From the NCBI GenBank assembly GCA_976551045.1, contig CDPCPM010000160.1, forward strand, positions 1,550,001 to 1,614,000: 64,000 nt of DNA. The letters run 5' to 3'. Position 1 is the stretch's first letter. Each line of letters starts with the position of its first letter. A program made the position numbers and the translations under genes. Shown piece by piece: positions 38,901-53,900 of the stretch. Under the pieces are notes generated by a model. That model saw only the letters and a program-made list of their open reading frames with translations, made no database searches and was not told the origin of the DNA. Origin of the DNA: Glaucostegus cemiculus (Eukaryota).

Positions 38901-41900
38901 TTCTGTTGGAGATGGTGATCCCAGTCCTCTGGAGAACACGGATCCCAAGCAAATCCGACCACTCAGCCCTGTTGATCCGAAGCCACTGCTGGATGCGACC
39001 GTGTTTCTGGGTTTCGACCAGGAGGTCGGATGCGGTCGCCGCTAATCAGCGGGTTCCAGACTTCCGCGGCCCCCAACGCGCGCGACGGAAATCACAACCG
39101 CCTGGAGCTGCGGGAAATACCTCGGGAAACCTCTGTTGCAAATCAACCCCACAGGGGATGCACCCACCCAGTCAGTGTGCCGATATTATCTAAGACACAG
39201 CCATGTTCAGAGTGTACTAGACATCCCATGTTACATGGGGCGAGCACTGAGCTCTCAGAACTGCAAAGCTCAGGAAGCTCTGTTAAGGTCTTGTGCTTCA
39301 AAATCCCCGTCTCTGGCCTCATATCCGTGTGCGCAGATCAGCAGTGACTTCCGCAGTCGCTGCAACATGCATTCGGCCACAGTGAACACTAACTGGTCGC
39401 TGGTAGATAAGGCGGAGGCGTGAGCGTGGCTGATGTTTGCCCATGACCAGTGCGTCTAGAGCCAGGGGCCGCAATAACAGGACAGAGATGAGGAAATGTT
39501 TCATCAGGTCACAGTGAGGCGCAGTACGGAGACAGGACCTTCAGCACACTGTTCCTTCACTAACCCATTTACATCCCCCTCCCCTCCCATCAGCTCCCTC
39601 CAGAATCTACCAGCGGCAGTTTACAGTTGCCAATTCATCTCTCAGCCCGCACATTTTTAGGAGGAACCCGGACACAGGCGGAACTTGCAACCCCAAAACA
39701 CAGCTAATAGCGGAGGTCAGGATTGGACCCGGGTCTCTGTAGCTGTGAGGGTACCCATATCCCTGCCGAAGATAGTGAGGCTTTGATACTCCCGACACGT
39801 GTGGCCTGGAGTCTCAGTCGCTGAATATATTCAAGAGATTTTGCTGGCATTTTTGGGGTAAATGTGAAAGACCCGACATGATCTGATGGCAAAGCAGAAT
39901 CGACGGGCCAAATAGCCTGCACGTACTTCTAATTCTTCTGTCCTAATCCTCCATAAAACATCCATCAACTCATTTGACACATTGCTCGCCATCCTGACGG
40001 GGCGAAATTCATTTAATTCCATCTCACGTCAAGTCTTCGGGATCACAACCCCTGTCTCCCGATAATTAGTCATGGACAAAAGTTAGATAGGTTTCTCACA
40101 ATCACTTTCACACCATCTCCCATATCTTCCCAATGCAAAATACGAAACGTAACCGATCACCCGAACGCTTTACTGCATTGTACTCATTTATGTTCACTTT
40201 CAATGCATTTACCTTTTCCTTTACAACTAATTAGTTTCAGTTGGCCAGAACTAATTAGACTGGGACCAGCGGGGCCAGTTTTGGGACCCACATTGTCGGC
40301 ATGGGAGATTGTCTTCCGAGAAGTGCCGATCGCATTTATCAGGTTAATACGGGGATTGCAGGGGTTCAATAGTGAGGAGAGTTTCCACACACCAGGACTG
40401 AATCTCGGGGAATGCAAGCTGACCCGTGTTTTGGGTTCAAGGATTAAAATGATTCCCGCTGCTTGAGAGTCTGAGACCGGTGGTTAGAATCTGGAATTGA
40501 ACCCTGGTTTCGGCAGTGGGGTTTGGGAACGCTTCTCCATACACACAGGAGGGAAATAATTGGGGTTTCTCGCAAGCGAAGGGCAGTAGATGCCTTTCAG
40601 CAAAGCTGGGAAAGGTTGAAGATTGTAGAAAAGTAATGTTAAGATGCAGAGAGAGGTGGTTAAGATGCAGAGAGAGGTGAGGGAAGGGAGATGAGAGAAA
40701 AGGGGAAGAGCTGCGATCTGGAGTGCAGGGAGGTGCAGCCGAAATAAAAGTTTTCCCGTGTTTCATTCTCCACCGCCGCTGACTGGTCGTTCAGTATTTC
40801 ATTCATTCTCTGGGTTCACCTCAGATTCCGCATCTCCAGTGTTACGCTTTCTATAAGACGTGTATTCTCTCAGGGATATAATTGCTGCGCATTACGTTTC
40901 AAGTAATTTACTATCTGCTGTGTTTTAACAGAACCTGTATCTAAGCCCGTTATCACATCCAATGACACCGACCCCGTAGAATACAATGACACTGTTAGTT
41001 TGACGTGCCACGCAAGAGGGACGGATGTTTCGTATCTGTGGTTTATGAACAATACGACAGTTAGCGCTGGCGGTAGGATAACCCTGAGTTCCAACAACAG
41101 CACCTTGACTATCTCTGGGGTGCTGAGATCGGACGAGGAATTCACCTGCGTTGCGTACAACTTGGTGAATAAAAACACCAGCGATCCATTTCTACTGAGC
41201 GTTCGCTGTAAGTGCAACTGTGGTGGCCCGTTTGATCTCATTAACGTTTAACATTTCATTGTCCGTTACAATGTATCATAACGCTGCGAGGTTGTACTGG
41301 ATTTCACTGGCATGAGGTTCGATTGAACAAAGTTAACCAATAATCCCATTGGTCTATGGGCAGCGGGGTATATACTACCGTTCCTCTTCAGAGTCAGTTT
41401 AAAATTTGTATCGATCAAACCAAACCTCACGACCCATTGCCCATGGATCCCAGTCCAGCTGAGCTTCTCCCATTTTCTTTAACATCTCTGGGTCTCCTTT
41501 CCCTGCCCCAGTAAGAAAGAACTTTAGTCGGTATGGAAACAATCTCTATTGCAGCCCTCAAGCCTTCCGACAACAGAAATACAACCTCTGCTCTATGGAA
41601 CCTGTCGGCAAAACACAAGTGCATTGTCAAACTGACTTAGCAACTTAGCTGACCAAATGTTGCTGTGCTTAGAAATGATATAACGTCAATTTCACCCTCG
41701 TATACTTATCAAACTGAACATATGGAGATGGAGTCCGTTATTTTTCCCTTGGGGTCCAATTGTTGCAGTGATGCGTAGCATTCCTTCATGGTACCATAAA
41801 CCATCGAATCTTCGCTATCCTAATATTTCCACCGCAATTTCTGGGATCAGCCAGAGTTTACCGTTTCGTAAATAGTGGTATTGAACTGGGGATGGTGTAG

Positions 41901-44900
41901 TTGAGGTTAAGATGGGAAATTTGGATCATGTTGTCCCAGAGAGGGTTTGAATTTCAAGGGTATGTATGTGCATTGGGGAGCGATGCTCTGCGATACTGAG
42001 AATATCACTTCAATATTTAGTTAGGTATGAAATTATGTTCAAATTATTTTAGTTTCTTCAATATGATTGTTTCTAACTTTTGATGGCCTTGCCTGCCCTC
42101 TACGTGACCCTCGGCCCTATCAACGTGGGCTTCTCAGCTGGGTAGTTCCAGGGGAAACAAGGGTTCGACAAGGAATTCTGGCATTGCCACTGACGTCTGA
42201 ATCTCTTGACGACGAGTTTAAGAAATTTCGTCCAAGTAGCCTCTGATTGGAGACTTCAGCTGAGAGACAACCTCGCTGGTTGGTCTGGATTCACACCGAA
42301 GGCCAGACCGGGCAATGCAGCGGATTTCGTTTCCTGGGGGACAGGGGGAAACGAGGTATGATTTTACCACGGTCCGGTAGTTACCTGATTACCATTGGTG
42401 AGACTATTTTTGAGTGCACCAAAAGATGTCTCATGCCCGTTTCTATCAGTGACATGAAAGAGTTCGGCGTGGAACAAGTATAGTGGTCACCTCACATCCC
42501 TTGGTATCTCGAGGGAAATTTAGGAGCTACCGCAAGAATGGGCTGAGCGGTGTCCATTGTTATGCACGACCCTGAAGAGAACATCTCTGCTTCACGCTGG
42601 CCTATCAGGGGAGGGTGAACCAAAAGAAAATGTTAGCCCTGTTTCCTTCGCAGCTGAGTCTCTCCAAACAGCCGAGCGTCCACCATGACCCAACATTCCC
42701 CTCCCCTATCAAAGTTGCGTCGTTCACTGTCCTCAGGCAGACGCCACAACAGGAATAATATCCAGATCACTCTAAACTTGTCTGCGAGAGCGGTTGGCAC
42801 CACCGTTTGTGCAGGTGACCATCATCTGCTAGAAGGAGATTGTTTCCATACCGATTTCTTCTGAGGTGTGACTCGGTGGGAGCGGGTAGAATTAGTGTGG
42901 CAGTGGCTTCTCTCTATTCACTCGGTGCAGTGGCCTAGTGACGGGATGGAGATCTGCTTTAGAGTCCTGGATGAAATTCTGCAAACGGACTGTGCATTTG
43001 TTTTAGATGGACCGGAAAATCTAACCATTTCCATCAGCCCAGACATTGCTGCGTACGGTACGGGGTCAAACGTGAATTTTTCCTGTTCGGCTCTTTCGAA
43101 CCCCGCTCCTGCATTTCAGTGGTATTTCAATGGTTCATCTCTTCAAACAAGTGGACAGCGCCTGAACCTTGTTGACCTATCCCTGAATGACACTGGCAGT
43201 TACGCTTGTGAGGCGTTTAACAATGTAACCAAAGGGTCGAGCTCAACAACACGAAACCTTGTCGTTTTAGGTATGTATTATGTCGAGGGGTGGTGGAGGT
43301 TTCCGAGTTGTGTATGTAAAAACGGAGATATTGCATTGTGGTTAAACTATCAGCATCTGGTATGGTGTAGCCTGGTTTTGAGTGTGTTATTAGTAAGGTA
43401 TTAGTATGCACTTTTGGGCTTGTAGCGCGCGTTCATAAGATAATACCAAATAGGTCGAAGTTTGGTATGTGAGATAACAACTTTAATTGGCTTATCAACA
43501 TCGATACTAACACTGTATTTTGTTTAATTTCCTGTAAAGAAACGTTATCTTGACGGGTTTGGAAAGTCGTGTGTGCGTCAGCAATTCTTCTCTGCTCTAA
43601 CCTTTGTTTATCCGTCATCATTCTCAATGCCAAATGCCCCTTGCCTGAATTTAATTGATCCTTACTTCCTTCTCCCTGTGGAACGCAAATTCCATCCCGT
43701 TGACATTGCACCCTGGTTGGTTTTGATCTGTGGGACAGGGAACGTCCCTTGTTTATTGCGTTACGGAATGGGGTTTAAATGACCTGTTGGCTATCTGCGA
43801 TCAAATGCTTTTGAGTACAAATGGAAACTCTTCCTTTTGGTAGCGGTTCAATGACAAGAGCGCTGTACTAAAGTCTGGACACGTTAGACAAACGAAAGGG
43901 AGGGGAGAGTGGGTGGGCAGATGGGTTGAAACATATTCTACACCTCAGTGTTGATCACCATAGCTCGCTACCGACACTGATAACGAGTTGAGGTTCGGAC
44001 TGAGCAGAAGTAGCAGCGCCCAGGGAGTTCAGAATAAAATTGACACCGTCTGGAGAAATAATCAGTTGAAGGGCCGGAGAGAGAGTGGGGAAGGGGGTGA
44101 CTGGGTCATTCTTCTCGGGATTGATCACTCCATTGTAACTGCATTGTGAACCTGCACTTTCTCCTGATACCTTAAAATCTCGAACTTCCACGTTGAGTCC
44201 ATTCACCACTGACATTTCCGCACCCGTCTGTTCAAAGTGAGCCGCACACCGCAGAGAGGTCTGTCAGTTCTCGCAGGCGCCGGTGGGGCGATGCAATGTC
44301 AAGCACCACCTCTGGTCCCGGGAGCGCCGGCTCTGCCGACGTACTGTAGGCGCGCTGCACTGCCAACACCACTGTCTTTTTCCTCAGGGCGATATCTGGG
44401 GTCCCTTCGGCCCCCTATTTCGTGTCCTGTCCATCCCGCCGAGTGGGAGATCAGATGGGGATTGTACGTTGGTGATTATTTTACTGAACACATGAAGCTT
44501 GGGTTATTGACACTGAGGCGGGAATCCGAATCCCATACGGTAGTTGATGGATTACAACTCAGTTAAGTAAACTGATCGGGATTTAACCCGTCGCCAATGG
44601 AGGTAACAACGAAATTACCAGATTAACAAGCCGAACAATGAAGACATTCTGCTATTCTGACCCAGTCTGGCCTACAGGTGACTGCAAACTGCTGACCCCT
44701 GTCTGCCAGCCATGTTTTGGGGGCAGGTAGGCGTGGACAACAGATGGCGGGATTGTCAGTGAGGTATTCAGACGATTGAATGAAGGTCGGAACTGCTTCT
44801 CTCCAGCGCGGTAACTGAATCTCCACGCTTGCAGCAACACAGATTATCTCGAATATTTTCAATCTTTTCCGTTCTTATTCTACAGAATACCACATCGCTG

Positions 44901-47900
44901 CTCTGATGTATCTTTCATTAAATCGAATTCTTTTCTTCCCTCCAGTCTTTCTCTTTCAATTCTTGTGCACTAACCAACACCGTGTGTTTTCAACAGAACC
45001 TGTTTCTGAACCCAATATTACCGCCAATGCCACCATCCTCATAGAGTACAATGACACCGTGAAACTAACATGCTTCGCAACAGGCACGGCGGTCTCTTAT
45101 CTGTGGCTTGAAGACAATAGAACGATAGTTCCTGGACGCAGGTTTGAACTGGGTGCCGATAACAGCACACTCACTATTTCTGAAGTGTTACGAACAGATG
45201 GACCGTTCACCTGCATCGCATACAACTCGATTAGCGAAAAGTCAAGCGAGCCGTTTGAACTCGATGTTTACTGTAAGTGTCCCAAGCGATCAGTAGTTGC
45301 ACCGTTTATTACCAGTCCTGCTGGGCACCAGGTTCTGGGAGAGGGGTGTTGCACTTGGGGGATGGTGGGACAGTGATGACCTCATTAGAGTAACACTCAG
45401 TGTACACGACAGTCAGATGACAGACGTGGCCGAATCTACCTCGGCAGCTGGGGAATTTAAATTCAAACCTGGAACTTCAAAATTTAAGACCAATGTCAGT
45501 AACGGTGACCAATAAACTACCGCATTGTGGGAAAAACTCTGGCTCACTAATGCACTTCAGGGGAAGGAAATGTTCCAGATAACACGGTCTGTTCTATATG
45601 TGACTCCAGACCCAACGATCAGGCTGACTCCTTACCGGCCGCTCAGTTCAGAGGCAATTGGGGATGTATATTACACGTTGGCACTGCCAGTGACGGCCAC
45701 CTCCTGTAAACCAATGAGATAAGAAATCTCCTGATGAGATTTCTGAACAATAAGGTCAGGCAGAGCCCCCGCCTGGTACACCAGGGACAATTTGTACCGC
45801 TATCATCGATCAAAAGTGCTTCACTTTTAATAAGTACAGAGCAGGACTTGTAATAACATTTGCATTGAGTGGCGTGGACAACGTTGTGTCCCGTCTACTT
45901 TTCCTTTTGCTCCCTGTTAATTTATGAGCTCCTTTCGACCCCATGCAATCAAATACATTAATTCTGTTTCAACACTAAGATTCTGATCCTTCTGTGGAAT
46001 GATAAGTTCACGGATGCTTTTATAGACAAGGGGTACGTGGGTAGTCATTGAAATTCTGGTCCAGTGCAGAATCAGCCAGGAACTCTGAAAATAATTCGAC
46101 TCCCATGGAGTTGGGAACGATTTCAGGGCGAGGAAGTGCCAGAGCTAGTGGGGGACTGTCACCCTCCTGACGAAGGTCCAGAGAATCAAGAAGGTAGAAA
46201 GAGCCAGAGATCCATCACTGTGGATGTGTGGGGGAAGTTACGGCCTCCCCGATCGATGGGTTGCCACAATCCCCAGTGGGTGTAACCTGAGTGGTCGAAG
46301 TTTACTTCCTAACATACACGCTGTTACACACTGGGTTTGGGACCGGTACTGAGACCCACCTTCACAGAAGGACTGGAATATAAGAAATTGGAATTTGAAA
46401 GCATTTGCACGCCCAAGTCGCACTGGGTCTTATTCCGCATTTGTTACAGTTTTTCCTAAGGTCGTCCAAGTTTTGATGTGCTGGGTGGCCTCATCCTAAT
46501 AAGGGATTTTCTGTTCAGTAAACCACCCAAAAGCCGCCAACCCCAGAAGTTACAAGGCGAGGTGTTCTGTGGAACTCTGTATTCCAGGTTAGAGAGGTGG
46601 AGACAGGTTTTGGGATGTGAGGCATCTGTTTAACTACAGGTATATTTGACTTACTGCGTGTGGTTTATACACCAGTCCGCTCACCCGTGTGTAGGGATGG
46701 TGTTAGTGTGCACTCTCTGTGATGGTGGGCTGCTCTCCCTCTCCTGCTCTGCTTTGTTTCTGCTTTCACTGTTCATGTAATTTACTGCCGTCGGTTTTGT
46801 GCGTTTGTTTTAGACGGACCGGATCGTCCAAATATCACTACTGACCCTGACTCACCTCCTTACCTGGCTGGAAGCACCGTCACTTTTACATGTTCCGCAG
46901 GGTCCAGGCCAGTCGCTAACCTGGATTGGTATCTGAACGGTGACTTTCTACAAACTGGGCAGCAACTTATCCTTGACAATATTTCAATGAGCAAGACGGG
47001 GAACTACACTTGTCAGGCATTTAACAATTTTACAGAAAAGTACAGTGCCTCAACTCCAGAAATAACAGTGCTCGGTATGTAATACATTTCTCATTTTTTC
47101 TACCGACGAGAACACAGGGTAATGGTGGACACTCGGTTGTTGGACTAAGTGGCTGAAATTGTACAGATTATCAATTCAGTGTATTAATGTTGCATGCTGA
47201 ACAACAAGGGTATTGATTAAGCAACATCAGACTGCTTCATTAATTTGATAATCATGCATTTGTCCATATTGGTCCTCAGAAGTGGACATCCGCCTTCCTA
47301 GCCGGTACATGACTCCAGACACACCAGCCTTGTGAACGCTTCACTGGCGCCAGTTTGAGTAGGAGGGGACAGTGCAATGGAGGGGCATTCGGAGACGAGC
47401 AATAAATGCCAATCATGTCCATATCCAGTGAAGAAGGTTACAAGTAACATTCCAGGAGCCTCCAGTCTGGTTTAACCAGATCTTAGACACCTGCTGTACA
47501 AGTCAAGCCACCTCAGCAGTAACCCACACTGTATATACCGACCCGAAATCTCCATTGTCCATTATCCTCCTGTCTGACCCTGCGTGTTCCTCCAGTTTTC
47601 CAGCATCTGCAGTCTCTTGTGTTTCCATATCTACAGGCGGTTGCCCCGACTGCAATGCGGAAAGTTGCTAGTTCACTCCATGTGAATTCAGAGTGAATGC
47701 ACTCAATTCTTTTGGCAAGTTGCACCAGTACTTCTTGGCCCCTCTTCCAACATCTTCCAAAGTTGAACTTGTTGCTCCTACACAATCCTCGGCTCTGTTG
47801 CCCGGGTCCTTTAAGGGTTACACAGAGACATACCTCGCTGCTTCAGCCGCCAGTCTCCTCTGTCGACAGTCCTCACGGGATGTCGCGGCTTGGCCAAGTC

Positions 47901-50900
47901 ACCAGGGCAGCACTCCGTTTTCGAGAGACGGCCTGGCTTCACCACCACAATCCCGAAGAATGTCGGAATTAAAACAAACTAACTCCCATGGTACACCTGG
48001 AGACCGCACGGCCCATTTTCCCGTGCGAGCTCTTTGTAGAGTAATCCATCTCAGTCCCATTACTTACACTTCTCCTGCAGGCTATTGTCCAGCCAGTGCC
48101 GCCCAGATTAATTTCAGAGTCCAGAGTGACTCTATTTCTTGTTGGAGTGGCTCGTCATTCCCATTTAATACTAATTCCCTGCTTTAAAAGCATCCTTTAC
48201 ATTCTCATTGTATCGTGGTTGGGGCTTCTCTGGTCTCGGAGCTGTGATTCAGCAACACCACCAGCTACGCCACTGTGACCCTCACCCCTCGCCACCACGC
48301 AATTTTTAAACCCATTCAAGTGACAGTACCTTAGTACTTTTACGTTTTGCTGAGGCTTTTTTAGAATTGTTCTGAATTTCAGACTTGGCACATTATTGAC
48401 GAAGATTAGGCACTCTGTACCTATCAAGCAAACATTTGCCAACCTAATATCAGAGAGAGATATTTTACCCAGAGAGTGGTTGGGGCATGCAATGCGCTGC
48501 CTGGGGCGCTGGTGGAGGCAGGTGCATTGGTCAAATTCAAGCGATTGCTAGATAAGCATTATGGAGGAGTTTAAAATAGAGGGATATGTCGGAGTAAGGT
48601 GTTAGATAGTATTAGGCGATGTTTAAAGGTCGGAACAACATTGTGGGACGAAGGGCCTGTGTTGTGCTGCGCTGTTCTATGTTCAGTGTTCTAATGAAAG
48701 ATTATTTCATTTCCATTTCTCTGAAACCCACCTGTGGAAATGTGTCAGATCAAATGTTCCCCAAATTTGGGGCAACAGGAATAATCAACTTTCCTAACAA
48801 AGAACGGTGCAAAGCTTGTTGGAGTGATCAGATTACAAGATTTGCCGTCATTGACTCATTTCTCTTGTTTACTGAAATCCATTTTCACCCAATACTTCCT
48901 CTATAAAGTTTTCGGTTAACTCATGTCGAGGTAACACAAAACAATGCATCCACGTATTTTAGCGGCGGGTCTCTTTTTTTAAATTATTTAAACGAATTCC
49001 TTGTTGAAGAAAATCTTCCCCTTGCTAAGATATATAAGATCACGATAGGTTTGTTATTTAACTGCTCGATTACTTGCAGAGCTTCCATGCATTTAGTTCA
49101 TTTGGCTGTCGCTGGCGACCTTAGTCCTTACTCTATAACCCACAATAGCATTCGGAAGGCGACGTTCAGCTGTTTTCTTAAACCACTGAGTCTTCTCATG
49201 CACTTGTAACGAACAAGTAACAGGCTGCATACATTAGCTGACTGTTGAACGCCACCACTGTACCAAACACATTCAGCGGGAACTATTTTACAAGGTGTTT
49301 ATTGTGGCAACAAAAGCGGGTCAGAGGCTGTGAATCCTATGGTGAGTGATTCACTTCCCAACACGCCAAGTGTCTCCACAATCTAAAAGGCACAAGTCAG
49401 TGGTGTGACGGGGCGTTGTTGCCGCCCCAGCAACACACGAGAATCTTCACACTATCCAGAACCAAGCAGCCCGCTCGATCAAAGCCCAAACCTCCCCTGG
49501 ACAGTCAATCCCTCCACCACCTGCGCCAGTGGCTGCAGTGTGCACCAACTTCAAATTGCCCTGCCGTTACCCGCCCAGACTAGCCTGACAGCGGCTAACC
49601 CAGAACGCTACCTCGTCCACCGCTAATGACAATGGCAGAGAGTACAGGGGTACACCACCACCTGCAGATTACCCAGACTTGGAAAAACATTTCAGTGACT
49701 TCTCTGTCACTGGGTGAAAGCCAAAGATTCTCACCACCGCCTTCTCGGGAGAGTGAGTGCAGAACCATAATGCCAGTACCAGTAAGTGAATAAGTAAACA
49801 TCTGGAAGAGATATAAAATGGACTCCATACCTATCATCCCTGCTTTCCAAACTGTTTAATTAGCAAGACACAGTTAACACTTTGGGATGGGAGAAGCAAG
49901 CTGTGCTGAAATTCTTTCTGATTCTTTGAATTTCTTGACTACAAAGAGCTATGAAGAGTTAGTCAGTGACTGTGCAAACGGCTGTGGCAGGCGGAGCTTT
50001 GGACTATGGGGGGGTAGGGTGCAGAGTCATCAGGAACAGGCAGGAAAGTGGAACTGACGCCAATAACAACTCGGTCATGATATTATGAGAGGTTAGATGA
50101 GTCGAACGGTCGACACCTGCTGTGTTACACGTGTTCCACCGAGCTAATAATTGAAAGAAGGTATAAATAATAACGGAATTTAAATCTCCAACAACAAATC
50201 TTTCTCACTGAAGTCTCGTTTTAGGCTTGTCGACAGGTTGTCATTTCAGTCTGACCTCTTAGAATTAAATATTAACTTGAGATGTTTCTGATATTTACCA
50301 CTTGTATTTTGAGGGCATTGTAGGTCTCCCTTAGTGCGCGTTATCTCTCCTAATGCGTAACTGGCAGATGAATATCTAATCTCTGCGACATTACCTGTGG
50401 GTTTCAACGTTTGGTTTTACCTTAACGCCTCACAAGTAAATATCCTAGTACACCCGTGCCTATACATTTAAGGGAAGGGGTATGAGATGTGGGGGGGAAT
50501 AAGGGACATTTACTTTCACCCGGAAGTACTGATTGAGGAGGTGTAGGGGGTGCACACCAATTTCACAGAACTTCACAAATATTAAGCAAAGCAATTGGAA
50601 TGCCAGGACATAGAAGGCTGTGAACTTGGCACTGGAAATTGGGATTATTACGGATAGATAACAGATTGCCGGCATGAACTTTGCAAGCCGAAAGAGTCTG
50701 TTTCCATTCTCTGTTACTCTGTATCTCTCGGACCGGACTGATGCAGTCCTGTGGATTTTGTCACAATGGACTTTAACCTGTGTGTTTTTATTTTTTTTTA
50801 AGTCTCCTTATGAGAAAAGCAGAGACGGAGTATAATGCCAAAGATGATGAACTGCCAATCCCCGGTCAGTTGTCTTTAATGAGAATTCTCACATCTGGGG

Positions 50901-53900
50901 AGGGTGAGGAGTGGAGTTGTGACAACGAATCCAAGGATGAGGAGCTTCAATGGCGGAATCTCTGGGATCGTTCACCTTGTGTTTAACATACGGAAGGATG
51001 TATATAGTGATAGAGAGGGTGGGTGAGAGGAGAGCAGAGCAGAGGAGAGCAGAGAAGAGGAGAGGAGAGCAGAGAGAGGAGAGAGAGGGGAGAGATGTGA
51101 GAAAGAAGGGAAGAGAGATATGATAGAGTGGAGAGAAGGGAAGCAAAGAGAGCGGGGAAGAGAGAGAGCAGTTGTTCACAGTGACGGACCGGACAACACG
51201 GAATACTGGCAAAAGAGCAAAGTTATAAACCTGTAATTTTAAGCAAAGACAGCTCCTAAAAACTGATTCTGTGTTCTGTTCTGTGCATCCGCAACTGTCT
51301 TTGTTGTTCTTACAAATAACTATTGATTGATTATCGTGTTACAAGAGTTTACTTTTAACCAGTACAGATTTGGCTTTCTTGATCACAGACTTTACCTTTC
51401 TCAGCGGTCAAACATTGCCTTGTCAATAAATCGCAAGCACATCATCAACAGGTGGTGTTCTGCCATTCGGCCCCTCGAGCACCCTCTGATACTCAATGAT
51501 GTTATCGCTGCTCCGTGATCCCCAAACCCTTAACTCCCATTTCGCCGAATACACCTCCGTCTATGCCGGGTTAGAACACATAATGTCTGATCCCCACAGC
51601 TCCCTAGAATTTTCTCCACATCTCCGGTTGAAGATAGAGACCCCATAATTCCGAACCTTGGTCCCCAGCTGTACAATTTCCCCAGAAGGGGAACTATCTT
51701 CTCGACAGCTGTATTACTCTGGTGTGTTTGATATCAGATCAAACTGAAATTTAAAATTACAATGCTAACACAGACCATCAGACAAATAGGAGAATATGCA
51801 GGCCACTCGGCCTCTATAAACTAACCCGGCATTCGAATCGATGCAGCTGATCATTGTTGGCCTCTGCTCCAGTTCTCAGCCACTTCGCCATAACCATCTA
51901 GTCCTCGATCGTTCAAATATTTATCAATCTCCACCTTAAATTTATCCAGTGATCCGGCATCCACCACGCTCGGAAATAGAATCCAAGAGAATCACTGCAC
52001 TCTGAGAGAAGACATTTCCCTTTACCCACGTTTTAAATAACCGGGCCTTTATAATGTAACTGTGCTGGCTTGTTCATGAGTCTCCCTCTGGTAGAAACAT
52101 CTTAGCATCGGACATAGAACAGGCGCTTCGGCCCACTCTATCTGTGCTGAACATGTGCCAAATTAAACTGATTCCATCTGCCTGCACATGATCCACACCC
52201 CTCCATTCCCTTACTGTTTATATCTCTTGGACACCAATATGGTGTCGCTTCCATCAGCAGCCCTGAACGCTCCTTCCAGTCACCCACCACTCTGTGATAA
52301 GAACTGAGCCCACAATCTCCTTTGAACTTTCCCCCTCTGCCCAAGGATGTGCCCTCTTGAATCCAGAGTGTAACCTCTCAAGCAGACTTAGGATCTTATA
52401 TGATGAAATAAGAACACCTCCATTCTTCTGAGCACCAATGAATACAAACCCAAACTCTCCAGGTTATGGTGAGGCTCAGGCTGAGGATTAGGGTTCCGGT
52501 TAGGTTTAGGGTCAGGGCCATGCATTGTGTAGGGTTCCTGTTGTCTTAATAGAAAAACCCACACCCCAGGAATGAGCCTGGTGAATCTGCTTTGGGCCTC
52601 CTCCAATGCTACTATATCGGGGGGTTTAGGTAAGGGGACGATATCTGTGTACAGTATTCCAGATGTGACCTCTCCAGAATCCTGTACAACTGTAACAGGA
52701 CCCTCCAATTCATCAATTCCAATTCCTTTGCAGTGAAGGCCAAGGTGCCGGTGACAACTATGTCTTGGTGAACAGGGGGCCTTGATGATGGGAGGATACT
52801 GCGTTAAAAGGTGTAACTCCATTTCGCCTTTACTTGTATTTACAGAACCCGTGTCTAATGTCAATGTAGCACGCAACAATTTAAGTCCCGTGGAAATCAA
52901 CGATACAGTTGTACTCATTTGTGACGCGCAGGGTACTATTCAGAGACGAACATGGTTGAAAAATAACCTACCCATCCAGGAAAATGACAGAATATATACA
53001 TCTTCAGATAAAGCAAATCTGACCATAACCCGTGTTAACAGAACTGACACCGCAACATATAACTGTACCGTAAGCAATGATTACAACAGCGGCAGTGCAG
53101 CAATCTACATGCAAGTTAACTGTAAGTTGGCAGACTGCTCAAAACATTAGCTTGCGTTTGATATTATTCATTACAGAATCCGCATACTTTCTTAATTTCT
53201 GTTTGCAGATGGACCGGAAAACGTTAGAATTCTGCCGCAGGGACCCGTTGAGGCAGATATTGGTTCACGTCTTACATTAACTTGTTCTGCCCAGTCAGTC
53301 CCCAGTGGTGAATATAAATGGTACAATCGGACAAATCATCTACAGACAGGGCAGCAGTACACCATCGAGCCAGGAAGGTCGGTTGACAGTGGGAATTATA
53401 CTTGTGAGGTTTATAACAACGTAACCATGAAACGCAGCAGCCGCACCGTCGAAGTACTCGCACGGAGTAAGTACATTTTCTCTCTGTATTTGACTGAGAT
53501 TGTCTTCATAAAGATCTCAGCAGGTGTATTTTCAGAACCTCCCGGTCTCCTTCTCTGTCTGACTTGCTAATCAGAAGGACAATGATTCGGTGTTCTTGGA
53601 AACTTTAAATGTGGAAACAATTATCAGCCAAGACAAAGGGTTTAAAGGGATTCACTTATTAGCGATGAACACGTTATTTTAAATTCCTTGGATACGGCTA
53701 CAACGGATGAGGTTACCTTCCAGCTTTGACAAAGCTTTGGTAACTCAAGAACAAGTGAAACTCTGGGTGAACTTAATGGAGAGTTGTTTTCACTGCTTCG
53801 ATGATTGTTAGCAGGACCACTGGAAACGGTTCTACACCATGACAGTTTCGGTTGACAGCACTGCTTTTGTTGACGGGCAGATTCTGGAGTTTTGAGTTGA

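Noticed and set aside
47693-48187. 164-aa intronic ORF
   Set aside because: No recognisable motif and not needed for the gene B reading frame.
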